A stretch of DNA of 64,000 nt, taken from NCBI RefSeq assembly GCF_009914755.1, contig NC_060939.1. One strand, 5' to 3'. A program made the translations under genes and the position numbers. Below the pieces are notes generated by a model. The model saw only the letters and a list, made by a program, of their open reading frames with translations. It did no database searches and was not told the DNA's origin. This document shows, piece after piece, positions 12,001-24,900 of this stretch. How positions within the stretch are numbered: position 1 is the first letter of the stretch; each line of letters opens with the position of its first letter. The stretch is from the human T2T-CHM13v2.0 reference genome, Homo sapiens.

Positions 12001-15000
12001 GTTCCATTCAAGACCATTTCTTTTGAGTCCATTCTATTTGAGTCCATTCCCTTTGATTCCATAACATTTGAGTCCATTCAATTCCATTCCTTTCGTTTCC
12101 ATTCCATTTGATGCCATTCCATTCAATTCTGTTCTACTCGACTCCAATACATTCAATTCCATTCCATCCGATTCCATTACATTCTTTTCATTTCTTATCC
12201 ATTTCAAGCCATTCCACTCCATTCCATTCCACTCGTTTCCTTTCCATTCGAGTCCATTCCTCTCCAGTCCATTCCGTTCAATCCATTCCATTCCAGTCCA
12301 TTCCATTCGAGTCCGTTCCATTCCAGTCCATTCCATTCGAGTCAATTCCATTCCATTCGATGTCTTTCCATAACGATCCATTCCATTCTATTCCTTTCGA
12401 TTCCATTCCATTCTATTTCATTCCATTCGATTCCCTTCCATTGGACTCCTTTCCATTCGAGTGCATTCCATTCCGTTCCATTTCTTTCCGTTCTGTACGA
12501 TTCCTACCGTTCGATTTCATTTTGTTCCAGTCCATTCCTTTCGCGTCCATTCCATTCCATTTCACTCCATTCGATTCCATTCCACTCGATTCCACTTCGT
12601 TCCATTTCATTGCATTCCATTCTATTCAACTCTATTGCCTTCCATTCCATTCCATTCGATTACATTCCATGCGATTCCATTCGAAATCGAATCAATTACA
12701 TTGCAATCCATTACTATTGAGTCCGTTTTATTCCAGTCCACTGCATTCTGGTCCATTCCATTTGATTCCATTCCATTCTATTCCATTCCATACAGTTGCA
12801 TTCCATTGGATTCCATGCTATATCTATAAATTCAATTCGAGACCATTGCTTTTGAGTCCATTCTATATGATTCCATTCCATTCAAGTCCATTACATTTGG
12901 TTCAATTCCATTCCATTCCATTCCCTTCCATTCCATTCCATTTGATATCAATCCATTCGATTCCATTCCATTCGAGCACATTCCATTCGAGTCCATTCCA
13001 TTCGATGCCATTCCATTTGATTCTATTCCATTAGTCTCCATTCTATTCCATTAATCTCCATTCCATTCCATTCTACTCCAACTGATTCCATTTCATTCTA
13101 TTCCTTTCCATTCCATTTCATTCCATTCCATTCCATTCGTGTCCATTCCACTCCAGTCCATTCCATTCGTGTCCATTCCATTCCAGTCCATTACATTTGT
13201 GTCCACTGCATTCCATTCCACTCCATTCCATATTATTCCATTACACTCCATTCCATTCTATTACTTTCATTTCCATTCAATTCCATTCCATTTGATTCCA
13301 TTCCACTCGGTTTCATTCCATTTGAGTCCACTCCATTCCATTCCATTCCATTCCATTCAGTTCCATTCCATTCTGTTCCATTCCATTCCGTTCCATTACA
13401 TTCCATTCCATTCGGTACCATTCCGTATTGTTCCATTCGATTCCATTCGAATCCATTCCATTCCAGTCCATTCCATTCGATTCCATTCCATTCATTTCAA
13501 TTCCATTCCATTCCATTCCATTCCATTCCACTTGATTCCTCTCCATTCCCTTCCACTGCATTCCGTTCGATTCCATTCCATTGCATTGCATTCCATTCCA
13601 TTGGATTGCATTCCATTCGATTCCATTCCATTCGAATCAATTACATAGCAATCCATTACATTCGAGTCTATTCTATTCCGTTCCATTCGATTTCGTTCCA
13701 ATCCATTCGATTCCATTCCATTCGATTCCATTCCATACTATTGCATTCCATTCGATTACATTATATTCGAATAAGTTCCATTCAAGACCATTTCTTTTGA
13801 GTCCATTCTATTTGAGTCCATTCCCTTTGATTCCATAACATTTGAGTCCATTCAATTCCATTCCTTTCGTTTCCATTCCATTTGATGCCATTCCATTCAA
13901 TTCTGTTCTACTCGACTCCAATACATTCAATTCCATTCCATCCGATTCCATTACATTCTTTTCATTTCTTATCCATTTCAAGCCATTCCACTCCATTCCA
14001 TTCCACTCGTTTCCTTTCCATTCGAGTCCATTCCTCTCCAGTCCATTCCGTTCAATCTATTCCATTCCAGTCCATTCCATTCGAGTCCGTTCCATTCCAG
14101 TCCATTCCATTCGAGTCAATTCCATTCCATTCGATGTCTTTCCATAACGATCCATTCCATTCTATTCCTTTCGATTCCATTCCATTCTATTTCATTCCAT
14201 TCGATTCCCTTCCACTGGACTCCTTTCCATTCGAGTGCATTCCATTCCTTTCCATTTCTTTCCGTTCTGTACGATTCCTACCGTTCGATTTCATTTTGTT
14301 CCAGTCCATTCCTTTCGCGTCCATTCCATTCCATTTCACTCCATTCGATTCCATTCCACTCGATTCCACTTCGTTCCATTTCATTGCATTCCATTCTATT
14401 CAACTCTATTGCCTTCCATTCCATTCCATTCGATTACATTCCATGCGATTCCATTCGAAATCGAATCAATTACATTGCAATCCATTACTATTGAGTCCGT
14501 TTTATTCCAGTCCACTGCATTCTGGTCCATTCCATTTGATTCCATTCCATTCTATTCCATTCCATACAGTTGCATTCCATTGGATTCCATGCTATATCTA
14601 TAAATTCAATTCGAGACCATTGCTTTTGAGTCCATTCTATATGATTCCATTCCATTCAAGTCCATTACATTTGGTTCAATTCCATTCCATTCCATTCCCT
14701 TCCATTCCATTCCATTTGATATCAATCCATTCGATTGCATTCCATTCGAGCACATTCCATTCGAGTCCATTCCATTCGATGCCATTCCATTTGATTCTAT
14801 TCCATTAGTCTCCATTCAATTCCATTAATCTCCATTCCATTCCATTCTACTCCAACTGATTCCATTCCATTCTATTCCTTTCCATTCCATTTCATTCCAT
14901 TCCATTCCATTTCATTCCATTCCATTCCATTCGTGTCCATTCCACTCCAGTCCATTCCATTCGTGTCCATTCCATTCCAGTCCATTCCATTTGTGTCCAC

Positions 15001-18000
15001 TGCATTCCATTCCACTCCATTCCATATTATTCCATTACACTCCATTCCATTCTATTACTTTCATTTCCATTCAATTCCATTCCATTTGATTCCATTCCAC
15101 TCGGTTTCATTCCATTTGAGTCCACTCCATTCCATTCCATTCCATTCCATTCAGTTCCATTCCATTCTGTTCCATTCCATTCCGTTCCATTACATTCCAT
15201 TCCATTCGGTACCATTCCATATTGTTCCATTCGATTCCATTCGAATCCATTCCATTCCAGTCCATTCCATTCGATTCCATTCCATTCATTTCAATTCCAT
15301 TCCATTCCATTCCATTACATTCCACTTGATTCCTCTCCATTCCCTTCCACTGCATTCCGTTCGATTCCATTCCATTGCATTGCATTCCATTCCATTGGAT
15401 TGCATTCCATTCGATTCCATTCCATTCGAATCAATTACATAGCAATCCATTACATTCGAGTCTATTCTCTTCCGTTCCATTCGATTTCGTTCCAATCCAT
15501 TCGATTCCATTCCATTCGATTCCATTCCATACTATTGCATTCCATTCGATTACATTATATTCGAATAAGTTCCATTCAAGACCATTTCTTTTGAGTCCAT
15601 TCTATTTGAGTCCATTCCCTTTGATTCCATAACATTTGAGTCCATTCAATTCCATTCCTTTCGTTTCCATTCCATTTGATGCCATTCCATTCAATTCTGT
15701 TCTACTCGACTCCAATACATTCAATTCCATTCCATCCGATTCCATTACATTCTTTTCATTTCTTATCCATTTCAAGCCATTCCACTCCATTCCATTCCAC
15801 TCGTTTCCTTTCCATTCGAGTCCATTCCTCTCCAGTCCATTCCGTTCAATCCATTCCATTCCAGTCCATTCCATTCGAGTCCGTTCCATTCCAGTCCATT
15901 CCATTCGAGTCAATTCCATTCCATTCGATGTCTTTCCATAACGATCCATTCCATTCTATTCCTTTCGATTCCATTCCATTCTATTTCATTCCATTCGATT
16001 CCCTTCCATTGGACTCCTTTCCATTCGAGTGCATTCCATTCCGTTCCATTTCTTTCCGTTCTGTACGATTCCTACCGTTCGATTTCATTTTGTTCCAGTC
16101 CATTCCTTTCGCGTCCATTCCATTCCATTTCACTCCATTCGATTCCATTCCACTCGATTCCACTTCGTTCCATTTCATTGCATTCCATTCTATTCAACTC
16201 TATTGCCTTCCATTCCATTCCATTCGATTACATTCCATGCGATTCCATTCGAAATCGAATCAATTACATTGCAATCCATTACTATTGAGTCCGTTTTATT
16301 CCAGTCCACTGCATTCTGGTCCATTCCATTTGATTCCATTCCATTATATTCCATTCCATACAGTTGCATTCCATTGGATTCCATGCTATATCTATAAATT
16401 CAATTCGAGACCATTGCTTTTGAGTCCATTCTATATGATTCCATTCCATTCAAGTCCATTACATTTGGTTCAATTCCATTCCATTCCATTCCCTTCCATT
16501 CCATTCCATTTGATATCAATCCATTCGATTCCATTCCATTCGAGCACATTCCATTCGAGTCCATTCCATTCGATGCCATTCCATTTGATTCTATTCCATT
16601 AGTCTCCATTCAATTCCATTAATCTCCATTTCATTCCATTCTACTCCAACTGATTCCATTCCATTCTATTCCTTTCCATTCCATTTCATTCCATTCCATT
16701 CCATTTCATTCCATTCCATTTCATTCGTGTCCATTCCACTCCAGTCCATTCCATTCGTGTCCATTCCATTCCAGTCCATTCCATTTGTGTCCACTGCATT
16801 CCATTCCACTCCATTCCATATTATTCCATTACACTCCATTCCATTCTATTACTTTCATTTCCATTCAATTCCATTCCATTTGATTCCATTCCACTCGGTT
16901 TCATTCCATTTGAGTCCACTCCATTCCATTCCATTCCATTCCATTCAGTTCCATTCCATTCTGTTCCATTCCATTCCGTTCCATTACATTCCATTCCATT
17001 CGGTACCATTCCATATTGTTCCATTCGATTCCATTCGAATCCATTCCATTCCAGTCCATTCCATTCGATTCCATTCCATTCATTTCAATTCCATTCCATT
17101 CCATTCCATTACATTCCACTTGATTCCTCTCCATTCCCTTCCACTGCATTCCGTTCGATTCCATTCCATTGCATTGCATTCCATTCCATTGGATTGCATT
17201 CCATTCGATTCCATTCCATTCGAATCAATTACATAGCAATCCATTACATTCGAGTCTATTCTCTTCCGTTCCATTCGATTTCGTTCCAATCCATTCGATT
17301 CCATTCCATTCGATTCCATTCCATACTATTGCATTCCATTCGATTACATTATATTCGAATAAGTTCCATTCAAGACCATTTCTTTTGAGTCCATTCTATT
17401 TGAGTCCATTCCCTTTGATTCCATAACATTTGAGTCCATTCAATTCCATTCCTTTCGTTTCCATTCCATTTGATGCCATTCCATTCAATTCTGTTCTACT
17501 CGACTCCAATACATTCAATTCCATTCCATCCGATTCCATTACATTCTTTTCATTTCTTATCCATTTCAAGCCATTCCACTCCATTCCATTCCACTCGTTT
17601 CCTTTCCATTCGAGTCCATTCCTCTCCAGTCCATTCCGTTCAATCCATTCCATTCCAGTCCATTCCATTCGAGTCCGTTCCATTCCAGTCCATTCCATTC
17701 GAGTCAATTCCATTCCATTCGATGTCTTTCCATAACGATCCATTCCATTCTATTCCTTTCGATTCCATTCCATTCTATTTCATTCCATTCGATTCCCTTC
17801 CATTGGACTCCTTTCCATTCGAGTGCATTCCATTCCTTTCCATTTCTTTCCGTTCTGTACGATTCCTACCATTCGATTTCATTTTGTTCCAGTCCATTCC
17901 TTTCGCGTCCATTCCATTCCATTTCACTCCATTCGATTCCATTCCATTCGATTCCATTCTACTCGATTCCACTTCGTTCCATTTCATTGCATTCCATTCT

Positions 18001-21000
18001 ATTCAACTCTATTGCCTTCCATTCCACTCCATTCGATTACATTCCATGCGATTCCATTCGAAATCGAATCAATTACATTGAAATTCATTACTATTTAGTC
18101 CGTTTTATTCCAGTCCACTGCATTCTGGTCCATTCCATTTGATTCCATTCCATTCTATTCCATTCCATACAGTTGCATTCCATTGGATTCCATGCTATAT
18201 CTATAAATTCAATTCGAGACCATTGCTTTTGAGTCCATTCTATATGATTCCATTCCATTCAAGTCCATTACATTTGGTTCAATTCCATTCCATTCCATTC
18301 CCTTCCATTCCATTCCATTTGATATCAATCCATTCAATTCCATTCCATTCGAGCACATTCCATTCGAGTCCATTCCATTCGATGCCATTCCATTTGATTC
18401 TATTCCATTAGTCTCCATTCAATTCCATTAATCTCCATTCCATTCCATTCTATTCCAACTGATTCCATTCCATTCTATTCCTTTCCATTCCATTTCATTC
18501 CATTCCATTCCATTTCATTCCATTCCATTCCATTCGTGTCCATTCCACTCCAGTCCATTCCATTCGTGTCCATTCCATTCCAGTCCATTCCATTTGTGTC
18601 CACTGCATTCCATTCCACTCCATTCCATATTATTCCATTACACTCCATTCCATTCTATTACTTTCATTTCCATTCAATTCCATTCCATTTGATTCCATTC
18701 CACTCGGTTTCATTCCATTTGAGTCCACTCCATTCCATTCCATTCCATTCCATTCAGTTCCATTCCATTCTGTTCCATTCCATTCCGTTCCATTCGGTAC
18801 CATTCCATAGTGTTCCATTCGATTCCACTCGAATCCATTCCATTCCAGTCCTTTCCATTCGATTCCATTCCATTCATTTCAATTCCATTCCATTCCATTC
18901 CATTCCATTCCACTTGATTCCTCTCCATTCCCTTCCACTGCATTCCGTTCGATTCCATTCCATTGCATTGCATTCCATTCCATTGGATTGCATTCCATTC
19001 GATTCCATTCCATTCGAATCAATTACATAGCAATCCATTACATTCGAGTCTATTCTCTTCCGTTCCATTCGATTTCGTTCCAATCCATTCGATTCCATTC
19101 CATTCGATTCCATTCCATACTATTGCATTCCATTCGATTAAATTATATTCGAATAAGTTCCATTCAAGACCATTTCTTTTGAGTCCATTCTATTTGAGTC
19201 CATTCCCTTTGATTCCATAACATTTGAGTCCATTCAATTCCATTCCTTTCGTTTCCATTCCATTTGATGCCATTCCATTCAATTCTGTTCTACTCGACTC
19301 CAATACATTCAATTCCATTCCATCCGATTCCATTACATTCTTTTCATTTCTTATCCATTTCAAGCCATTCCACTCCATTCCATTCCACTCGTTTCCTTTC
19401 CATTCGAGTCCATTCCTCTCCAGTCCATTCCGTTCAATCCATTCCATTCCAGTCCATTCCATTCGAGTCCGTTCCATTCCATTCGATGTCTTTCCATAAC
19501 GATCCATTCCATTCTATTCCTTTCGATTCCATTCCATTCTATTTCATTCCATTCGATTCCCTTCCATTGGACTCCTTTCCATTCGAGTGCATTCCATTCC
19601 GTTCCATTTCTTTCCATTCTGTACGATTCCTACCGTTCGATTTCATTTTGTTCCAGTCCATTCCTTTCGCGTCCATTCCATTCCATTTCACTCCATTCGA
19701 TTCCATTCCACTCGATTCCACTTTGTTCCATTTCATTGCATTCCATTCTATTCAACTCTATTGCCCTCCATTCCATTCCATTCGATTACATTCCATGCGA
19801 TTCCATTCGAAATCGAATCAATTACATTGCAATCCATTACTATTGAGTCCGTTTTATTCCAGTCCACTGCATTCTGGTCCATTCCATTTGATTCCATTCC
19901 ATTCTATTCCATTCCATACAGTTGCATTCCATTGGATTCCATTCTATATCTATAAATTCAATTCGAGACCATTGCTTTTGAGTCCATTCTATATGATTCC
20001 ATTCCATTCAAGTCCATTACATTTGGTTCAATTCCATTCCATTCCATTCCCTTCCATTCCATTCCATTTGATATCAATCCATTCGATTCCATTCCATTCG
20101 AGCACATTCCATTCGAGTCCATTCCATTCGATGCCATTCCATTTGATTCTATTCCATTAGTCTCCATTCAATTCCATTAATCTCCATTCCATTCCATTCT
20201 ACTCCAACTGATTCCACTTCATGCTATTCCTTTCCATTCCATTTCATTCCATTCCATTCCATTCGTGTCCATTCCACTCCAGTCCATTCCATTCGTGTCC
20301 ATTCCATTCCAGTCCATTCCATTTGTGTCCACTGCATTCCATTCCACTCCATTCCATATTATTCCATTACACTCCATTCCATTCTATTACTTTCATTTCC
20401 ATTCAATTCCATTCCATTTGATTCCATTCCACTCGGTTTCATTCCATTTGAGTCCACTCCATTCCATTCCATTCCATTCCATTCAGTTCCATTCCATTCT
20501 GTTCCATTCCATTCCGTTCCATTACATTCCATTCCATTCGGTACCATTCCATATTGTTCCATTCGATTCCATTCGAATCCATTCCATTCCAGTCCATTCC
20601 ATTCGATTCCATTCCATTCATTTCAATTCCATTCCATTCCATTCCATTCCATTCCATTCCACTTGATTCCTCTCCATTCCCTTCCACTGCATTCCGTTCG
20701 ATTCCATTCCATTGCATTGCATTCCATTCCATTGGATTGCATTCCATTCGATTCCATTCCATTCGAATCAATTACATAGCAATCCATTACATTCGAGTCT
20801 ATTCTCTTCCGTTCCATTCGATTTCGTTCCAATCCATTCGATTCCATTCCATTCGATTCCATTCCATACTATTGCATTCCATTCGATTACATTATATTCG
20901 AATAAGTTCCATTCAAGACCATTTCTTTTGAGTCCATTCTATTTGAGTCCATTCCCTTTGATTCCATAACATTTGAGTCCATTCAATTCCATTCCTTTCG

Positions 21001-21800
21001 TTTCCATTCCATTTGATGCCATTCCATTCAATTCTGTTCTACTCGACTCCAATACATTCAATTCCATTCCATCCGATTCCATTACATTCTTTTCATTTCT
21101 TATCCATTTCAAGCCATTCCACTCCATTCCATTCCACTCGTTTCCTTTCCATTCGAGTCCATTCCTCTCCAGTCCATTCCGTTCAATCCATTCCATTCCA
21201 GTCCATTCCATTCGAGTCCGTTCCATTCCAATCCATTCCATTCGAGTCAATTCCATCCCATTCGATGTCTTTCCATAACGATCCATTCCATTCTATTCCT
21301 TTCGATTCCATTCCATTCTATTTCATTCCATTCGATTCCCTTCCATTGGACTCCTTTCCATTCGAGTGCATTCCATTCCGTTCCATTTCTTTCCGTTCTG
21401 TACGATTCCTACCGTTCGATTTCATTTTGTTCCAGTCCATTCCTTTCGCGTCCATTCCATTCCATTTCACTCCATTCGATTCCATTCCATTCGATTCCAT
21501 TCTACTCGATTCCACTTCGTTCCATTTCATTGCATTCCATTCTATTCAACTCTATTGCCTTCCATTCCATTCCATTCGATTACATTCCATGCGATTCCAT
21601 TCGAAATCGAATCAATTACATTGAAATTCATTACTATTTAGTCCGTTTTATTCCAGTCCACTGCATTCTGGTCCATTCCATTTGATTCCATTCCATTCTA
21701 TTCCATTCCATACAGTTGCATTCCATTGGATTCCATGCTATATCTATAAATTCAATTCGAGACCATTGCTTTTGAGTCCATTCTATATGATTCCATTCCA
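1..21800 (+). repeat. Proximal variant domain (CATTTGATATC allele; 3-unit and 5-unit super-periods)
   Basis: Units up to ~20070 read CCATTTGATATC, with one exception at 11147. The variant with a 15-bp duplication plus TTGAAATTCATTACTATTTAG is seen only here (~3760, ~9160, ~18080, ~21620). Confidence 0.8.
891..2684 (+). repeat. Representative full-length 1794-bp KpnI-to-KpnI unit
   Basis: GGTACC at 891 and at 2685, 1794 bp apart. The unit contains single-copy landmarks such as TTCGCGTCC, TGTACGATTCCTACCG, CTATAAATTC and GATATC. Confidence 0.95.
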
Positions 21801-21999
21801 TTCAAGTCCATTACATTTGGTTCAATTCCATTCCATTCCATTCCCTTCCATTCCATTCCAGTTGATATCAATCCATTCGATTCCATTCCATTCGAGCACA
21901 TTCCATTCGAGTCCATTCCATTCGATGCCATTCCATTTGATTCTATTCCATTAGTCTCCATTCAATTCCATTAATCTCCATTCCATTCCATTCTACTCT

Positions 22000-24900
22000 A
22001 ACTGATTCCATTCCATTCTATTCCTTTCCATTCCATTTCATTCCATTCCATTCCATTTCATTCCATTCCATTCCATTCGTGTCCATTCCACTCCAGTCCA
22101 TTCCATTCGTGTCCATTCCATTCCAGTCCATTCCATTTGTGTCCACTGCATTCCATTCCACTCCATTCCATATTATTCCATTACACTCCATTCCATTCTA
22201 TTACTTTCATTTCCATTCAATTCCATTCCATTTGATTCCATTCCACTCGGTTTCATTCCATTTGAGTCCACTCCATTCCATTCCATTCCATTCAGTTCCA
22301 TTACATTCCATTCCATTCGGTACCATTCCATATTGTTCCATTCGATTCCATTCGAATCCATTCCATTCCAGTCCATTCCATTCGATTCCATTCCATTCAT
22401 TTCAATTCCATTCCATTCCATTCCATTACATTCCACTTGATTCCTCTCCATTCCCTTCCACTGCATTCCGTTCGATTCCATTCCATTGCATTGCATTCCA
22501 TTCCATTGGATTGCATTCCATTCGATTCCATTCCATTCGAATCAATTACATAGCAATCCATTACATTCGAGTCTATTCTATTCCGTTCCATTCGATTTTG
22601 TTCCAATCCATTCGATTCCATTCCATTCGATTCCATTCCATACTATTGCATTCCATTCGATTACATTATATTCGAATAAGTTCCATTCAAGACCATTTCT
22701 TTTGAGTCCATTCTGAGTCCATTCCCTTTGATTCCATAACATTTGAGTCCATTCAATTCCATTCCTTTCGTTTCCATTCCATTTGATGCCATTCCATTCA
22801 ATTCTGTTCTACTCGACTCCAATACATTCAATTCCATTCCATCCGATTCCATTACATTCTTTTCATTTCTTATCCATTTCAAGCCATTCCACTCCATTCC
22901 ATTCCACTCGTTTCCTTTCCATTCGAGTCCATTCCTCTCCAGTCCATTCCGTTCAATCCATTCCATTCCAGTCCATTCCATTCGAGTCCGTTCCATTCCA
23001 GTCCATTCCATTCGAGTCAATTCCATTCCATTCGATGTCTTTCCATAACGATCCATTCCATTCTATTCCTTTCGATTCCATTCCATTCTATTTCATTCCA
23101 TTCGATTCCCTTCCATTGGACTCCTTTCCATTCGAGTGCATTCCATTCCGTTCCATTTCTTTCCGTTCTGTACGATTCCTACCGTTCGATTTCATTTTGT
23201 TCCAGTCCATTCCTTTCGCGTCCATTCCATTCCATTTCACTCCATTCGATTCCATTCCACTCGATTCCACTTCGTTCCATTTCATTGCATTCCATTCTAT
23301 TCAACTCTATTGCCTTCCATTCCATTCCATTCGATTACATTCCATGCGATTCCATTCGAAATCGAATCAATTACATTGCAATCCATTACAATTGAGTCCG
23401 TTTTATTCCAGTCCACTGCATTCTGGTCCATTCCATTTGATTCCATTCCATTCTATTCCATTCCATACAGTTGCATTCCTTTGGATTCCATGCTATATAT
23501 TTAAATTCAATTCGAGACCATTGCTTTTGAGTCCATTCTATATGATTCCATTCCATTCAAGTCCATTACATTTGGTTCAATTCCATTCCATTCCATTCCC
23601 TTCCATTCCATTCCAGTTGATATCAATCCATTCGATTCCATTCCATTCGAGCACATTCCATTCGAGTCCATTCCATTCGATGCCATTCCATTTGATTCTA
23701 TTCCATTAGTCTCCATTCAATTCCATTAATCTCCATTCCATTCCATTCTACTCCAACTGATTCCATTCCATTCTATTCCTTTCCATTCCATTTCATTCCA
23801 TTCCATTCCATTTCATTCCATTCCATTCCATTCGTGTCCATTCCACTCCAGTCCATTCCATTCATGTCCATTCCATTCCAGTCCATTCCATTTGTGTCCA
23901 CTGCATTCCATTCCACTCCATTCCATATTATTCCATTACACTCCATTCCATTCTATTACTTTCATTTCCATTCAATTCCATTCCATTTGATTCCATTCCA
24001 CTCGGTTTCATTCCATTTGAGTCCACTCCATTCCATTCCATTCCATTCAGTTCCATTACATTCCATTCCATTCGGTACCATTCCATATTGTTCCATTCGA
24101 TTCCATTCGAATCCATTCCATTCCAGTCCATTCCATTCGATTCCATTCCATTCATTTCAATTCCATTCCATTCCATTCCATTACATTCCACTTGATTCCT
24201 CTCCATTCCCTTCCACTGCATTCCGTTCGATTCCATTCCATTGCATTGCATTCCATTCCATTGGATTGCATTCCATTCGATTCCATTCCATTCGAATCAA
24301 TTACATAGCAATCCATTACATTGGAGTCTATTCTATTCCGTTCCATTCGATTTTGTTCCAATCCATTCGATTCCATTCCATTCGATTCCATTCCATACTA
24401 TTGCATTCCATTCGATTACATTATATTCGAATAAGTTCCATTCAAGACCATTTCTTTTGAGTCCATTCTATTTGAGTCCATTCCCTTTGATTCCATAACA
24501 TTTGAGTCCATTCAATTCCATTCCTTTCGTTTCCATTCCATTTGATGCCATTCCATTCAATTCTGTTCTACTCGACTCCAATACATTCAATTCCATTCCA
24601 TCCGATTCCATTACATTCTTTTCATTTCTTATCCATTTCAAGCCATTCCACTCCATTCCATTCCACTCGTTTCCTTTCCATTCGAGTCCATTCCTCTCCA
24701 GTCCATTCCGTTCAATCCATTCCATTCCAGTCCATTCCATTCGAGTCCGTTCCATTCCAGTCCATTCCATTCGAGTCAATTCCATTCCATTCGATGTCTT
24801 TCCATAACGATCCATTCCATTCTATTCCTTTCGATTCCATTCCATTCTATTTCATTCCATTCGATTCCCTTCCATTAGACTCCTTTCCATTCGAGTGCAT

